64,000 nt of DNA from Candidatus Helarchaeota archaeon. GTDB lineage: Archaea > Asgardarchaeota > Lokiarchaeia > Helarchaeales > RDOG01. A program made the position numbers and the translations under genes. The notes beneath the pieces are model-generated. The model was not told the origin of the DNA and searched no databases. It saw only the letters and a program-made list of their open reading frames with translations. Location of the stretch: NCBI GenBank assembly GCA_019058315.1, contig JAHPZH010000007.1, forward strand, positions 190,989-254,988, read 5' to 3'. Below, one piece after another: positions 19,596 to 30,757 of this stretch (the first letter of the stretch is position 1; the number at the start of each line of letters is the position of its first letter).

Positions 19596-21083
19596 TTGCA
19601 TTTTGGCTTAGTAGGAATAGCATTTTTATTCAAACTTAAATTTAAGAAAGTTTCAATAGGTCTGATAATCTTATTTTTATTTATACCGGAATTTATTTAT
19701 TTAATTCTATTAGTTCTTGAGGGGTATTATCTTTCCCAATTTCCACCTATAATTTCACCATCACCTGCTTATTGGAGTCATAGTATTGTTACCAATGGAG
19801 TTATATCAGCTATAGCCATAGCAATTACACTTATTAATAAATACGATAAATCTAATTTAATCCTTGGAATTTTGCCAATTGTAAATATATTATCCAATAC
19901 TTATTCAATTTTTTATTCGGTTTATTATTTTTATCCCCTCATAGCAAATATTAACACAGAATTTATTAAAGTCCACATAGAATATGCAAATTATTTGAAA
20001 TCTGCATGGGGGAAATATACAGCGTCTGCGATAATTTTCTGGCCTTGGGAAACTATTTATTGGAGCATTGATCTCATTACTTTACTTCTTTGTATAATAA
20101 TCAGTATGTGGAGAATTGTAAAAAGTGAATTCGAAGAAAAAATTATTTTAAAAACAGATGATGGGGCAATAATTCCACCTGATTATTCATTAATTCGTAA
20201 TTATCCACGAATTGAAGAAATATCTATCGATGAGACTAGGATTTTTACTCAGGAAGAATGGGAAAAAACAACAAAAGCAATCAGAGATCAAATTAGCAAT
20301 TATAGAATTATTAAAGGAGAAAAAATGAATTTTGAATATAAATATCCAGATTTTGGAGGAGATATTTCAAAATTTGAGAAACCAAAACTTATCAGTTATG
20401 AAAAAAAAATAAAAAATATATATTATCAACTTAATTATGACGAAAATTTCGATGATAAAGAGTTATTTGTTCATAGACTTAAAATTCCTCTAATTAAAAA
20501 CGGAAAATTGTTCTTAATCCAAGTAAGAAAATATGATCAAGTATTACGAAGAGAATTGTTATATCTCTCTAAAGAAGGGATTCCTGTTTTTTTAAACCGA
20601 GGTAAAGATTTCTTTCTGGAGTTTGACTATACAAAATTCAATTATATTATAAAATTTGAGAATTTAGGACTAAATAGTATTATTGAATTTAATTACGACG
20701 AAAAAAGTGAAACAACGAAGCAAAGAATAAATACACAACTTATTAACATCGTTAAATTATTCATTATACTTTTTGGATGTTTTAGAGAACGTATTTTATA
20801 TTCCAGAGAGGAAATTGAACGTTGGAAAGTTTATGATTATAAAAATCCAGATCGAGATTATAAAATTGATATGTTACCCATTAATCTAATTGAAGTGTAT
20901 AAACTTAAAAAATCATTAGGAATTAATTTTTGGACATGGGCCGATTATTATTCAAAATGGGCATTATTTTTATATCAATTTCAACTTTTTGAAGATGGTT
21001 TCCATCCTAAAATATTTAGACTTTATAGAATACCGGTATATACTGGGGCAACTTCTATGGATGAAAAATTACTCCAAATCTAA
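19596..21083 (+). CDS. Membrane protein: metal-dependent hydrolase-like TM N-terminus fused to unknown soluble domain
   Basis: N-terminal H, IPE and WSHS motifs among TM helices; about 320-aa soluble C-terminus. Confidence 0.5.
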   Translation: MHFGLVGIAFLFKLKFKKVSIGLIILFLFIPEFIYLILLVLEGYYLSQFPPIISPSPAYWSHSIVTNGVISAIAIAITLINKYDKSNLILGILPIVNILSNTYSIFYSVYYFYPLIANINTEFIKVHIEYANYLKSAWGKYTASAIIFWPWETIYWSIDLITLLLCIIISMWRIVKSEFEEKIILKTDDGAIIPPDYSLIRNYPRIEEISIDETRIFTQEEWEKTTKAIRDQISNYRIIKGEKMNFEYKYPDFGGDISKFEKPKLISYEKKIKNIYYQLNYDENFDDKELFVHRLKIPLIKNGKLFLIQVRKYDQVLRRELLYLSKEGIPVFLNRGKDFFLEFDYTKFNYIIKFENLGLNSIIEFNYDEKSETTKQRINTQLINIVKLFIILFGCFRERILYSREEIERWKVYDYKNPDRDYKIDMLPINLIEVYKLKKSLGINFWTWADYYSKWALFLYQFQLFEDGFHPKIFRLYRIPVYTGATSMDEKLLQI

Positions 21084-22253
21084 TGCTTTTATTAACAATT
21101 CATGTAAATCTAAAATTTCAATATCTTCCCCTGATATTTCTAAAGCATCTATTAAATTTTGGTAACAAGCGGGACAACATGTTAATATCATATCAATATC
21201 ATTTTCAAGAAAATCCTTAAGTTTCTTAGATCCTACTCCTAGTGAAATCTGATTATCTGTTACTTTTGCAAGCCCTCCTCCTCCACAACATAAAGAATCT
21301 TTCCTATTTTCTTTTAATTCTTTGAAAATAATTCCCGGTATCTTTTTTATTATGGTCCGGGGCTCTTCATAAATTTTACAATGTCTCCCTAACTCGCATG
21401 GGTCTTGATATCCAACTTTCTTTTTTATTTCTTTATTAAATTTGATTTTTCCTTCCTTTATCAATTTTTTAATGAATTCAGTTGAATGATATAGTTCGAA
21501 AGGTAATTCTTTACCATATAAATCTGGATAAACATGTTTCCATACGCGATAGCAACCTGGGCAAGTAAAAATAATTTTTTTCACGCCAAATTCTAACATT
21601 TTTTCAATATTATGAATTGCAAATTCTCTGGCGGTTTCAGAGTCATCACCAACGAGATAAAATGGGCTTCCACAACACCATTCCTCTTCCCCCAGAATAG
21701 TATAATCGATTTTTAAATTTTCTAATAATAAAACTACTGCTTCAGGAATTCCAAAAAGAGAACCACGAAATGAACCTTGACATCCAACAAAGAAAGCAAC
21801 TTCAGCTTTTTTTAAAATTCTATCCTCAATAATATCCTCAACATTCATTTCTGTCCATAATAAACGATCTTCTTGATCCAAACCGTAAATATTTTTATTT
21901 TTTTCAAGTATTTCGTGTAATTTCGAAAGTTCAATAGGAACTGCGTTTTGATCTAGTAGATCCTTCCTTGAAGCTTGTATTATTTTTGTAGTATCTACTC
22001 CACTTGGACAAATTTCAACACAGCGGTTGCATATTAAACAATTAAAGATATCTTGAACCATCTTTTTGCTTGGTTTTAATTTATTTTGTTGTAAACCATA
22101 TGACATTAAGATGCGACCACGAGGTCCTGTAGTTTCCCACGTTGGTCCATCTTCACCCCATGCATCATTTAAAGTAGGACAAATTGATCTACAAGTTCCA
22201 CAACGAGCACATTTTAAAATATCAATTTTTAAATCTTTTAATTTACTTGCCAC
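21069..22253 (-). CDS. GlcF/HdrD-like Fe-S oxidoreductase (2x4Fe-4S + 2 CCG domains)
   Basis: CARCGTCRSICP, CLICNRCVEICP, WCCG, DPCELGR, CCGGGG. Confidence 0.9.
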   Translation of the reverse strand: MASKLKDLKIDILKCARCGTCRSICPTLNDAWGEDGPTWETTGPRGRILMSYGLQQNKLKPSKKMVQDIFNCLICNRCVEICPSGVDTTKIIQASRKDLLDQNAVPIELSKLHEILEKNKNIYGLDQEDRLLWTEMNVEDIIEDRILKKAEVAFFVGCQGSFRGSLFGIPEAVVLLLENLKIDYTILGEEEWCCGSPFYLVGDDSETAREFAIHNIEKMLEFGVKKIIFTCPGCYRVWKHVYPDLYGKELPFELYHSTEFIKKLIKEGKIKFNKEIKKKVGYQDPCELGRHCKIYEEPRTIIKKIPGIIFKELKENRKDSLCCGGGGLAKVTDNQISLGVGSKKLKDFLENDIDMILTCCPACYQNLIDALEISGEDIEILDLHELLIKALDLE

Positions 22254-22256
22254 GAA

Positions 22257-23669
22257 CTATTCCTCAAGATAAATTTTGTCTAGGTCTATTTTACCAGGAT
22301 TTATAATGTTTTTGGGGTCAATAATTTTCTTAATTTTTCTCATTAATTTCAATTCTTCAGGTCTCTCAATTTCTAAATATTTTGATCTTGCAAGACCAAT
22401 TCCGTGTTCTCCTGTAACAACTCCCCCTTCATTAATTGCTAAAAGATGAATTTCATCCATTAATTTTTCAAGTTTTTGTAAATGTGAGGGATTGTCTTTT
22501 TCAATCGTGATGGCAGGGTGGAGATTTGAATCTCCAATATGACCAAAAACGATAATAGGCAAATCATAATTAATTGAAAGATCTCTTAATTTTATTAAAA
22601 TAATCGGTAGTTTTAAAAGTGGGACTGTAATATCTTCACCTACATATACTCGACTATATCCATCACGGAATCTGGTTGCAGCAACTCCCGCTGAGCTTCT
22701 TGCTTCCCAGATTTCTATGCTTTCAGCTTTATTTTTAGCCTTTTGAATTTTAACACTTCCCGAATCCTCACAAATTTTATTAATTTTTTCAATTTCTGAT
22801 TCAACATTCTCAAAGGTTCCATCAACTTCAAAGAGTAAGATTGCTTCAGCATCTTCAGGAAGTTTAATGTCAGGTCGATCTTTGTTTATCGCAATAATTG
22901 CGCTTTTATCAAGGATTTCAATAGCACTAGGTAGTACCCCAGCTTTAAAAACTTCGGGAACGGTTTTTGCTGATTTTTCTAAATCGTCATAAATAGCCAT
23001 AATAACTCGAATTTCTTGTGGAATGGGTAAAATTTCCAAAGTCATTTCGGTTATAATTCCTAATGTCCCTTCGGCTCCAATAAAAAGATTAGAAATGTCA
23101 AAATATGAATTGTTTATCTTTCTTAAACCAGTATCAAGAACATTTCCATCAGGTAGAACAATTTTTATTTTTTTTACGTAATTTCTTGTAACCCTATACT
23201 TAACTGCCCTGAGACCTCCTCCATTATTTGAAATCGTCCCTCCAATTGTAGCCATCTTACTACTACCCAAATCTATTGGATAGAATAGATTAAATGTGGA
23301 AAGATATTCATTCAAATTCGCAAGAACCACTCCAGGTTCTACGATTACTTCTAAATTTTCTATATCTAACTTCATGATATTATGCATACGAGTAAAATCA
23401 ATTAAAATTCCCCCTTTTACTGGAACTGCACCTCCTGTAGTTCCTGATCCAGCTCCACGTGGTGTAACTGGAATTTGATAATTATGAGCAAATTTAACAA
23501 TATCCACAACTTCTTTAGTTGATGATGGTCTTACAACAATATCTGGAGAATGTTCAAATTGAGAGACATCAAATGAATAAGTAAAAAGAACGGCATCGTC
23601 TATAGAAATATTGTTTTCCCCGACTATCGGTTTAAGTTTATCAAATAACTCTTGCCTATTCATGTTCAA
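22257..23669 (-). CDS. GlcD/D-lactate dehydrogenase-type FAD-linked oxidase
   Basis: PRGAGSG, ATIGG, GAEGTLG, GHIGDSNLH, GEHGIG, DPKNIINPGK. Confidence 0.9.
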   Translation of the reverse strand: MNMNRQELFDKLKPIVGENNISIDDAVLFTYSFDVSQFEHSPDIVVRPSSTKEVVDIVKFAHNYQIPVTPRGAGSGTTGGAVPVKGGILIDFTRMHNIMKLDIENLEVIVEPGVVLANLNEYLSTFNLFYPIDLGSSKMATIGGTISNNGGGLRAVKYRVTRNYVKKIKIVLPDGNVLDTGLRKINNSYFDISNLFIGAEGTLGIITEMTLEILPIPQEIRVIMAIYDDLEKSAKTVPEVFKAGVLPSAIEILDKSAIIAINKDRPDIKLPEDAEAILLFEVDGTFENVESEIEKINKICEDSGSVKIQKAKNKAESIEIWEARSSAGVAATRFRDGYSRVYVGEDITVPLLKLPIILIKLRDLSINYDLPIIVFGHIGDSNLHPAITIEKDNPSHLQKLEKLMDEIHLLAINEGGVVTGEHGIGLARSKYLEIERPEELKLMRKIKKIIDPKNIINPGKIDLDKIYLEE

Positions 23670-23796
23670 ACTCCAAATAAATTTAATGAAATTATTCTTA
23701 AAATGATTCTCATTTTAATAAAATTTAGTTGAGAAAGTGCAGTTTAACAGATATATTATTTAAGGAATAAGAATATAATATCTATATTCCCAAAAA

Positions 23797-24531
23797 GTGA
23801 ATTTTAATATGTACCGAAGAAAAGATTCTCCAGTAGAACAACTTTTCAACGAATTAAAATACGAAGGGGAAAGGATAGACCAAGACACTATCCAATTTGT
23901 CTCCGAAAGTGGCAATCAAGTTACAAATCTGTATTTTGATCGATTTGAAAATAAATTAGTATTTAGAGCCATGTTTTATCATGCAGATAGAATGATAGAA
24001 GGCAATATTTACTTATTTGCTAGAATATTAGAAGAAATTTACAATGATACAGAAATTAGAGATATAATTGAAGATATTTCTCTACAAACTAAATATTTAT
24101 CTATTAAACCTACAATGGATAAACCTGAATTTGGATTTGAGCAAGTTTTATCGACAGATGAATCAACTTTTTTTGCGTATGAATTAAGCTATGAAAATAA
24201 GACCCTTGATGAATTAAAAAAGGAAGTTGAAGAGAAACTTAATAATTCCTATGAATTGGTTGCTAATATGCAATCAAATATTGGTATGTATATTGAAAAA
24301 GCCATAAATTATTATCTTAATCGTCCTGAAATAGAGAGAAAATTGTTAGAAATTCGAAAATTAATTTTCAAATCACAATTTTTTGGTAGTATGACCGGTA
24401 GATTTGCTCAAGAACAAAAATATAAAGCTGCAGAATTTAAAAAAGAAGCTAAAGAAAAATTTGAATTATTCAAAGAAGAAAACCCTGATGTTGATTGTGA
24501 ATCGATAGAAGAGCTTTTTAAAATGGTTTAA
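23797..24531 (+). CDS. Hypothetical protein
   Basis: 244-aa ORF with normal composition; no recognised motif. Confidence 0.6.
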   Translation: MNFNMYRRKDSPVEQLFNELKYEGERIDQDTIQFVSESGNQVTNLYFDRFENKLVFRAMFYHADRMIEGNIYLFARILEEIYNDTEIRDIIEDISLQTKYLSIKPTMDKPEFGFEQVLSTDESTFFAYELSYENKTLDELKKEVEEKLNNSYELVANMQSNIGMYIEKAINYYLNRPEIERKLLEIRKLIFKSQFFGSMTGRFAQEQKYKAAEFKKEAKEKFELFKEENPDVDCESIEELFKMV

Positions 24532-25016
24532 AGATTTAATACCATTTCTAGTGCATCTTCACCATCAGAATAATAACTAATCTTGGTTTTGACTGGTTTA
24601 AAATTAAATTTTTCATAAAAGGATATTGCTGATTTATTTCCTACTCGTGCTTCTAATTTTAATTTAGTAATTTTTTTTTCATGTAATTTTTCAATAGTTT
24701 TTTTTAGTAAAATTGATCCAAATCCCCTTCTACGATAATCTTTATCTATTACAATTGAAATAATGTGAGCTTCGTTAGCACGCAAGGATGTTATAATCTG
24801 TCCTACAATAAATTGCTTTATTTCAGCCACTAAATAAATAATATTTGGTATTTGGGCTAATTTTGATAAGGTTTCCATTGAAAAAGGAGATTTAAAGGAG
24901 TGAATTTCAATATAATATAGTCTATTCATATCTGATAAAGAAACTGTTCTGATTTTTAAGTCGCCAATTTGATTTTGGTTTGAATCGTCTTGTAAATCCA
25001 TTTCTATATTTTCCAA
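24528..25016 (-). CDS. rimI: RimI/Ard1-type N-acetyltransferase
   Basis: AHIISIVI..YRRRGFG, LEARVGN..AI.FY, YYSDGEDA. Confidence 0.88.
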   Translation of the reverse strand: MENIEMDLQDDSNQNQIGDLKIRTVSLSDMNRLYYIEIHSFKSPFSMETLSKLAQIPNIIYLVAEIKQFIVGQIITSLRANEAHIISIVIDKDYRRRGFGSILLKKTIEKLHEKKITKLKLEARVGNKSAISFYEKFNFKPVKTKISYYSDGEDALEMVLNL

Positions 25017-25194
25017 ATTCTTTATTGAATAAAGACTGTATTTTTAAAAAACAAATATACATTTTTATTTTATATATCTTTTATTGCTTTCTTTGATATC
25101 TTATAATTGCATTTCTTCCCTAACCCAAAACCATTACAAATAATTTATCCAAAATGTATAAATATTACAAATCTCAATCCAAATCAAAGAATTA

Positions 25195-26151
25195 ATGAGG
25201 ACTATTAGGATGTTTTGTTTAAGTCCACTAGATTTTATTGGGAGTCAACTAGAATTTTTTCTTCAAACACCAGCTGCAATTGCATTAATGATTGGAACTG
25301 TAATGATAATAATTACGCTATTAATTTTGAAATTTCCTAAGATAAGACCATACTTCAAACCTTTATTTTGGATTTATTACATAATAGTTTTGATTCCTTA
25401 TTATGCAATAGCAGGAATAATCTATGCTGTTACTTTGAGTAAAGTAGATCTCTTTAAATTTTTGAAAGAAAAAAATTTTTTGGAAAAATTTAAGGAAGTA
25501 TTCACAAATCCAAAATCAATATTTAATGATATGCGTGTTAATCCACAAAAATATTATATGTGGGTGGCCGTTTATATTAATATCGTCATTATAACAATCG
25601 ATATGTTCTTAATTTCATTTTTAACTCAAAAATTCTATTGTGGTAGAGACTCTATTATTTTTGGAATTTTATCAACTACTCCAACACCAATTGCAGATCC
25701 CGTTCAGAGATGGATTATGAGATCAATTGCAGGCGTCTTCATTTGGTTTCCAACAAAATTCATGATTCATGGACTTGTAATGTTAGTTCATAAGTATGAC
25801 AATTCAGATGAACCACAAAATAGACCATGGTATGATAAAGTTAGGCTACTTTATATTTCATGGGGGTATATCCTGACTGCCGATGGTATTTGGTGTCTTG
25901 GGATGGTGATCTCGTTGCTTTTACCAACTTGGCATGGTATGATATTCACATGGCTCCTTGTTATTCCTTGTGGATTAATCGAATTGGTTTATCAGCAATA
26001 TACAATTCATTGTTTATACAAGTTCAAAGATAAATTAACCAGCTGGTTAATTGGATTTATTATTTGGGGTTTGTCAATGCTTCCATTTGCAATATGTACA
26101 TTTTTACTCAATGATTTACTAAGCCCTTTTATAGTTGGTTTATTTAATTGA
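25195..26151 (+). CDS. Multi-pass membrane protein, YIP1-like
   Basis: VFTNPKSIFNDM amphipathic segment followed by about 5 TM helices, with extra N-terminal TMs. Confidence 0.55.
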   Translation: MRTIRMFCLSPLDFIGSQLEFFLQTPAAIALMIGTVMIIITLLILKFPKIRPYFKPLFWIYYIIVLIPYYAIAGIIYAVTLSKVDLFKFLKEKNFLEKFKEVFTNPKSIFNDMRVNPQKYYMWVAVYINIVIITIDMFLISFLTQKFYCGRDSIIFGILSTTPTPIADPVQRWIMRSIAGVFIWFPTKFMIHGLVMLVHKYDNSDEPQNRPWYDKVRLLYISWGYILTADGIWCLGMVISLLLPTWHGMIFTWLLVIPCGLIELVYQQYTIHCLYKFKDKLTSWLIGFIIWGLSMLPFAICTFLLNDLLSPFIVGLFN

Positions 26152-26309
26152 AAATTATTATTATGAATTTTTTATCAAAAATTGAAGTATTTATTTAAAT
26201 TTTTTAAATTAAATTTTAACTTTATTCATGAAGTATTAATACTAGGAAGAAATTTTAAAGATAAAAGAATTAAACAAATAATTTATGTTGAATTTGTAAG
26301 GAAAAACCA

Positions 26310-27392
26310 ATGAAAATCGTTGAAAAAGATTTAAAGAAAGGAGAAATAACTCTTATAATAGAGAATTTAAATGATCTTTGGCATCTTTATAACATAATTC
26401 GACCAGATGATATTATATATGCAAAAACATTGAGAAGATTCCGAGGAGACGAAGATTCTTTAAGATCCGATCGCGGAGAACGAATACCAGTTTATTTAGG
26501 GATAAAAGTTGAAGAATTTAATTTTCATCCCTTTTCAAATCGTTTGAGAATCAAAGGAATTATTATCGATGGACCCGATGATCTTGTTTCCCTTCATTCT
26601 TATCACACTCTTAATGTGGAAGTGCATACAGAACTTCGGATTATAAAAGGGTATTGGGAAAGTTTTGTTTTAAAGCGGATTGAAATGGCTGAAACTTCAT
26701 CAACCCAGCCAGAGATTTTAATCTTAATACTTGATAAAGGTGATGCCTATTTTGCCAAAGCAACAGAAATAGGTTATAAAAAAATCGCCACAATAACTGC
26801 AAATATACCTGGAAAAAGATTCAAAGTCGACTATTATGATAAAGCTGTAGAAGATTTTTTTATTTCATTACTAAAATTAATTAATGAAAATATATCCAAT
26901 GGAAATATTGATGCAATAATTATTGCAGGACCTGGTTTTACTAAAGATCATTTCATAAAATTCTTAAAAGAAAAAGATCCAAAACTTGCGTCTACTGTAC
27001 AAGTTGTTGATGCGAGTAATTCGGGGAAAAATGGGGTAATAGAAGTCATACGGAAGGGAGACACTATAAAATCTATCAAAGAAATGCGAATCACAAAGGA
27101 AGCCGAACTAGTTCAAGAATTTTTAAAAAGATTAGGTAAAAATAAGCGAAATATTGCTTATGGAATAGAAGAGATTGAGAATGCAAAAAATTATGGAGCA
27201 ATTGAAACACTTCTAATAACGGATAAATTGTTAAGAATTGATAATGTAGAAAAAAGGAAAGAATTGGATGCTCTATTAAAAGAAATTGAAAAATTAGGTG
27301 GAAAAATTGTCATAATAAGTTCATTACATTCTGCTGGTGAACAATTAGAATCGTTTAATTCTATGGCTGCCCTATTACGTTTCGAAATATAA
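26310..27392 (+). CDS. pelA: mRNA surveillance protein pelota
   Basis: DLWHLYNII, RLRIKG, YHTL, AGPGF, AYG, L..F..MAALLRF. Confidence 0.95.
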   Translation: MKIVEKDLKKGEITLIIENLNDLWHLYNIIRPDDIIYAKTLRRFRGDEDSLRSDRGERIPVYLGIKVEEFNFHPFSNRLRIKGIIIDGPDDLVSLHSYHTLNVEVHTELRIIKGYWESFVLKRIEMAETSSTQPEILILILDKGDAYFAKATEIGYKKIATITANIPGKRFKVDYYDKAVEDFFISLLKLINENISNGNIDAIIIAGPGFTKDHFIKFLKEKDPKLASTVQVVDASNSGKNGVIEVIRKGDTIKSIKEMRITKEAELVQEFLKRLGKNKRNIAYGIEEIENAKNYGAIETLLITDKLLRIDNVEKRKELDALLKEIEKLGGKIVIISSLHSAGEQLESFNSMAALLRFEI

Positions 27393-27430
27393 GAATTTTT
27401 ATTATTTAATTTAAATCTAGGTTATTTTAT

Positions 27431-28738
27431 ATGGAAAAAAGTCTTGTTCTTAACATTTCAAATTTTCTTCCCATTTTTGGTCAAATTAAAGATCAAATGA
27501 AATTCATAATTCAAGATTTATTAGAAGGTAGTATACAAACTAAAGACTTTGTTAATTATCTTAAGAAAAGATTTCAACAAAAAAATTTGCAAATTGAGGT
27601 ATTATCAAACGAGAAAAATGAAATTTTGGTAAAAATTGAGTCAATATATGATTTACCAGAAAAAGATGAAATTAAAAGACATATAAAAAACTATTTTTCT
27701 TTCGAAATAGGTGAAACTCTAATTAATAAATATACAGGGAGGAAAATCATATATATAACAAAACAATCTGGAATCCCTTTAATTGGAAATTTAGCTTTTG
27801 GTATCTTACTTCATAATACAAACATCATTGAAATACGTCCAGTAACTGGATGTCCCCTACAATGTATTTTTTGCTCTGTAGATGAGGGAAAGAATTCTAA
27901 AATGGTTATCGATTATATCGTTGAACCAAACTACCTAATTGAGCAAATGCAAAAAATCATTAAATTTCTAGGTCAAAATCAATTAGAAGCTCATATTTCT
28001 GCTCAGGGTGAACCTACGATTTATCCTCATTTAGTTGAATTAATTTCAAAATTATCCAAACTTCCTGGAATCCAAACTATATCAATTCAGACCAATGGAG
28101 TACCACTAACTGAAACTTATGTAGATAAACTTGAAAAAGCAGGTCTAACTCGAATTAATCTCTCAATTAATTCTTTGGATCCAAAAAAATCAAAATTATT
28201 AGCAAATTCGGCCAGTTATGATATAGAACACATAAAAAAGATTGCGGAATATATCGCAAAAAGTAAGATTGATTTAATTTTAACTCCCATTTTAGTTCCT
28301 GGTAAAAATGAAGAAGATATTGATGAAATTATAAGATTTTCTAAAAAAATTGGAGCTGGTAAAAATTGTCCACCCTTAGGCATTCAAAATTACTTGATTT
28401 ATCAATTTGGAAGAAAAGTGCCAAAATGTAAACCGTTAAGCTGGAAAGAATTTTATGATTATCTGAGAAAGTTGGAAAATAAACATAATTTAAAACATTT
28501 AGTTTTAAATAAGAAGGATTTTAACATTCATAGGCGAAAAAATCCTCAAAAACCTTTTTCTAAAGGTCAAATTATAGATCTTAAAATCATCACACAAGGA
28601 AGACGAAAAAATCAAATGTTGGGCATAAAAGCGGGAAGAACAATTCAAATTATTAAGACAAATAAAAAAATTGGAGAAAAAATTAAAGTAAGAATAATTA
28701 AGACTGAAAGAAATATTATTGTGGCTGAGCCTATTTAA
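27431..28738 (+). CDS. Radical SAM protein with C-terminal TRAM domain (COG2100-type)
   Basis: IPLIG..AFG, RPVTGCPLQCIFCSVDEG, QGEP, QTNG; TRAM-like C-terminus. Confidence 0.88.
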   Translation: MEKSLVLNISNFLPIFGQIKDQMKFIIQDLLEGSIQTKDFVNYLKKRFQQKNLQIEVLSNEKNEILVKIESIYDLPEKDEIKRHIKNYFSFEIGETLINKYTGRKIIYITKQSGIPLIGNLAFGILLHNTNIIEIRPVTGCPLQCIFCSVDEGKNSKMVIDYIVEPNYLIEQMQKIIKFLGQNQLEAHISAQGEPTIYPHLVELISKLSKLPGIQTISIQTNGVPLTETYVDKLEKAGLTRINLSINSLDPKKSKLLANSASYDIEHIKKIAEYIAKSKIDLILTPILVPGKNEEDIDEIIRFSKKIGAGKNCPPLGIQNYLIYQFGRKVPKCKPLSWKEFYDYLRKLENKHNLKHLVLNKKDFNIHRRKNPQKPFSKGQIIDLKIITQGRRKNQMLGIKAGRTIQIIKTNKKIGEKIKVRIIKTERNIIVAEPI

Positions 28739-28935
28739 TATATAAAATAAGAAAAAATTCATTTTTTTATTTCATTATTTTAAATTACAATAGTTTTAAT
28801 AATAATAATATACATTTATATGTCTATACAATAAACATGTTAAATTTTTTAATTTATTACTCAATTACATTTATTTCTATTTTATTGCGCATTGGAGATG
28901 AAATTAAAAAAGATTTAAAAATATGAGGCAAGATA

Positions 28936-29682
28936 ATGATGAGTCAAACACATATGGAAGATATAAGGTTCAGATTAAGAGCAATTGAGCTTTTAAAGCT
29001 ATTAAAGAAAAAATATACTTATGAAGAATTGAGTAAGCTTACTAATTTACCAATTACTGTATTAAATAGATATGTGCGAGGTCATGTTATTCCGAGTACT
29101 GATCGTGCAAATAAATTGTTAAAGATTTTTGAAAAAAAGTATAATTTACCAAAAGAAATTCAAGCAAGAATTAAAATCAATGATGACGGTTCCTTTGATA
29201 ATTCTAACATTCTAACAGATATTTTACTCTTGCGAATGATTTCTAGATTAATAGTACAAAAATTTAGTAATTTAAAAGTAAATAAAATTTTAACTGCTGC
29301 TGTTGATGGGATTCCATTAGCAGCTTTAGTTGCTAATGAATTAGGAGTAGATTTAATAGTTGCGAAATCTAATAAAGAAGTTGGAATCACGAAATATATT
29401 GAAGAAAGTTATTCTCCAAGTAGTTCCCGTGTATTAACCACTTTATTTCTGCCTAAACAAGCAGTTTCTAATAAAGACAAAGTATTAATAATAGATGATG
29501 TTATCAGGACTGGCAGAACTGAACTAGCTCTAGTTAATTTATGTCGAAAAGGAGGGGCGGATGTTATGGGTCTATTTAATATAATCGCAATAGGCAAGAA
29601 ATGGGAAAAAAATTTGAAATTTGATAAAAGTGAAAATATTATAGTTGATACATTAATAAAAATACCAGAACCATCTAGCTAA
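28936..29682 (+). CDS. HTH + phosphoribosyltransferase (archaeal PurR/APRT-like)
   Basis: TYEELS..TNLPITVLNRYVRGHVIP HTH; VLIIDDVIRTG PRPP loop. Confidence 0.88.
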   Translation: MMSQTHMEDIRFRLRAIELLKLLKKKYTYEELSKLTNLPITVLNRYVRGHVIPSTDRANKLLKIFEKKYNLPKEIQARIKINDDGSFDNSNILTDILLLRMISRLIVQKFSNLKVNKILTAAVDGIPLAALVANELGVDLIVAKSNKEVGITKYIEESYSPSSSRVLTTLFLPKQAVSNKDKVLIIDDVIRTGRTELALVNLCRKGGADVMGLFNIIAIGKKWEKNLKFDKSENIIVDTLIKIPEPSS

Positions 29683-30721
29683 AAAGTTTAGGAATATTTT
29701 CTATATATGGTGGATAAATCACTTTTTTTTCCGTTATTATCGCTGTAACTAATTCGGGAGGGGTCATATCAAATGCTATATTCTCTACTTGGACTCCTTC
29801 GGGAACTATTCGGGTTTTACCACAATAAGTGACTTCCTTTGCGTCTCTATTTTCAATAATTACCTCTTGATAAGATTTTTCCATATCAATTGTCGATAAG
29901 GGTGCTGCAACATAAAATGGGATTTTATGATAGTTTGCTAAGACAGCCACTGAATATGTCCCAATTTTATTAAAAACATGACCAGTTTTAACAATTCGAT
30001 CTGCTCCCACAACTATTTTATTAATTTTTTGTTGAGACATCAAAAATCCTGCTGTATTATCAGAAATAACTTTTACTGGAATACCTTCATAATTTAACTC
30101 AAAGGCTGTAAGTTTTGCACCTTGTAATCTAGGTCTTGTCTCATCAGCAATAACTTGTATTTTTTTATTATTTTCCCAAGCAGCTCGGATTACTCCTAAT
30201 GCTGTTCCATATTCCACAGTAGCTAAACCTCCAGCGTTACAGTGAGTTAATACTGTATCGCCAACATCAATTAATTTTTCCCCATTTGCCCCCATTTTCT
30301 TATTAATTTCAATATCTTCCTCCCTAATCTTTAGAGCTTCTTGAATAATTTTATCCCTTTTTTGATCGTATGGTAAATCTGATTGAGTAATTTTTCCGAT
30401 TCTTTTTATGGCCCAGAATAAGTTAACTGCTGTAGGTCGTGTTTTAGCTAAACGATCTGATGCTGTCTTCATAACTTCCATAAAATTTTTTTCTGTTGTG
30501 GATTGAGCGGCTAAAGCTAAACCAAGAGCTGCAGCGGCTCCAATAGCAGGCGCACCTCGAATTGTCATAATTTCTATAGCAACTGCTACTTTCTCATAGG
30601 TATCGTATTCCTTGTATACTAATTCATTAGGGAGAGCATTCTGATCAATCATAATCACTTTTCCATCTTTCCAATCAATAGTAACCAGCCTTTTTTTCAT
30701 AATATTCAACTCAATATTCAA
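29675..30721 (-). CDS. mtnA: S-methyl-5-thioribose-1-phosphate isomerase (eIF2B-like family)
   Basis: IRGAPAIG, RPTAVNL, THCNAG.LAT, ETRP.LQGA.LT, NKIGTY. Confidence 0.9.
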   Translation of the reverse strand: MNIELNIMKKRLVTIDWKDGKVIMIDQNALPNELVYKEYDTYEKVAVAIEIMTIRGAPAIGAAAALGLALAAQSTTEKNFMEVMKTASDRLAKTRPTAVNLFWAIKRIGKITQSDLPYDQKRDKIIQEALKIREEDIEINKKMGANGEKLIDVGDTVLTHCNAGGLATVEYGTALGVIRAAWENNKKIQVIADETRPRLQGAKLTAFELNYEGIPVKVISDNTAGFLMSQQKINKIVVGADRIVKTGHVFNKIGTYSVAVLANYHKIPFYVAAPLSTIDMEKSYQEVIIENRDAKEVTYCGKTRIVPEGVQVENIAFDMTPPELVTAIITEKKVIYPPYIENIPKLFS

Positions 30722-30757
30722 AGAATTTTTGTAGAGGATATAACTCTTTAAAATTTA

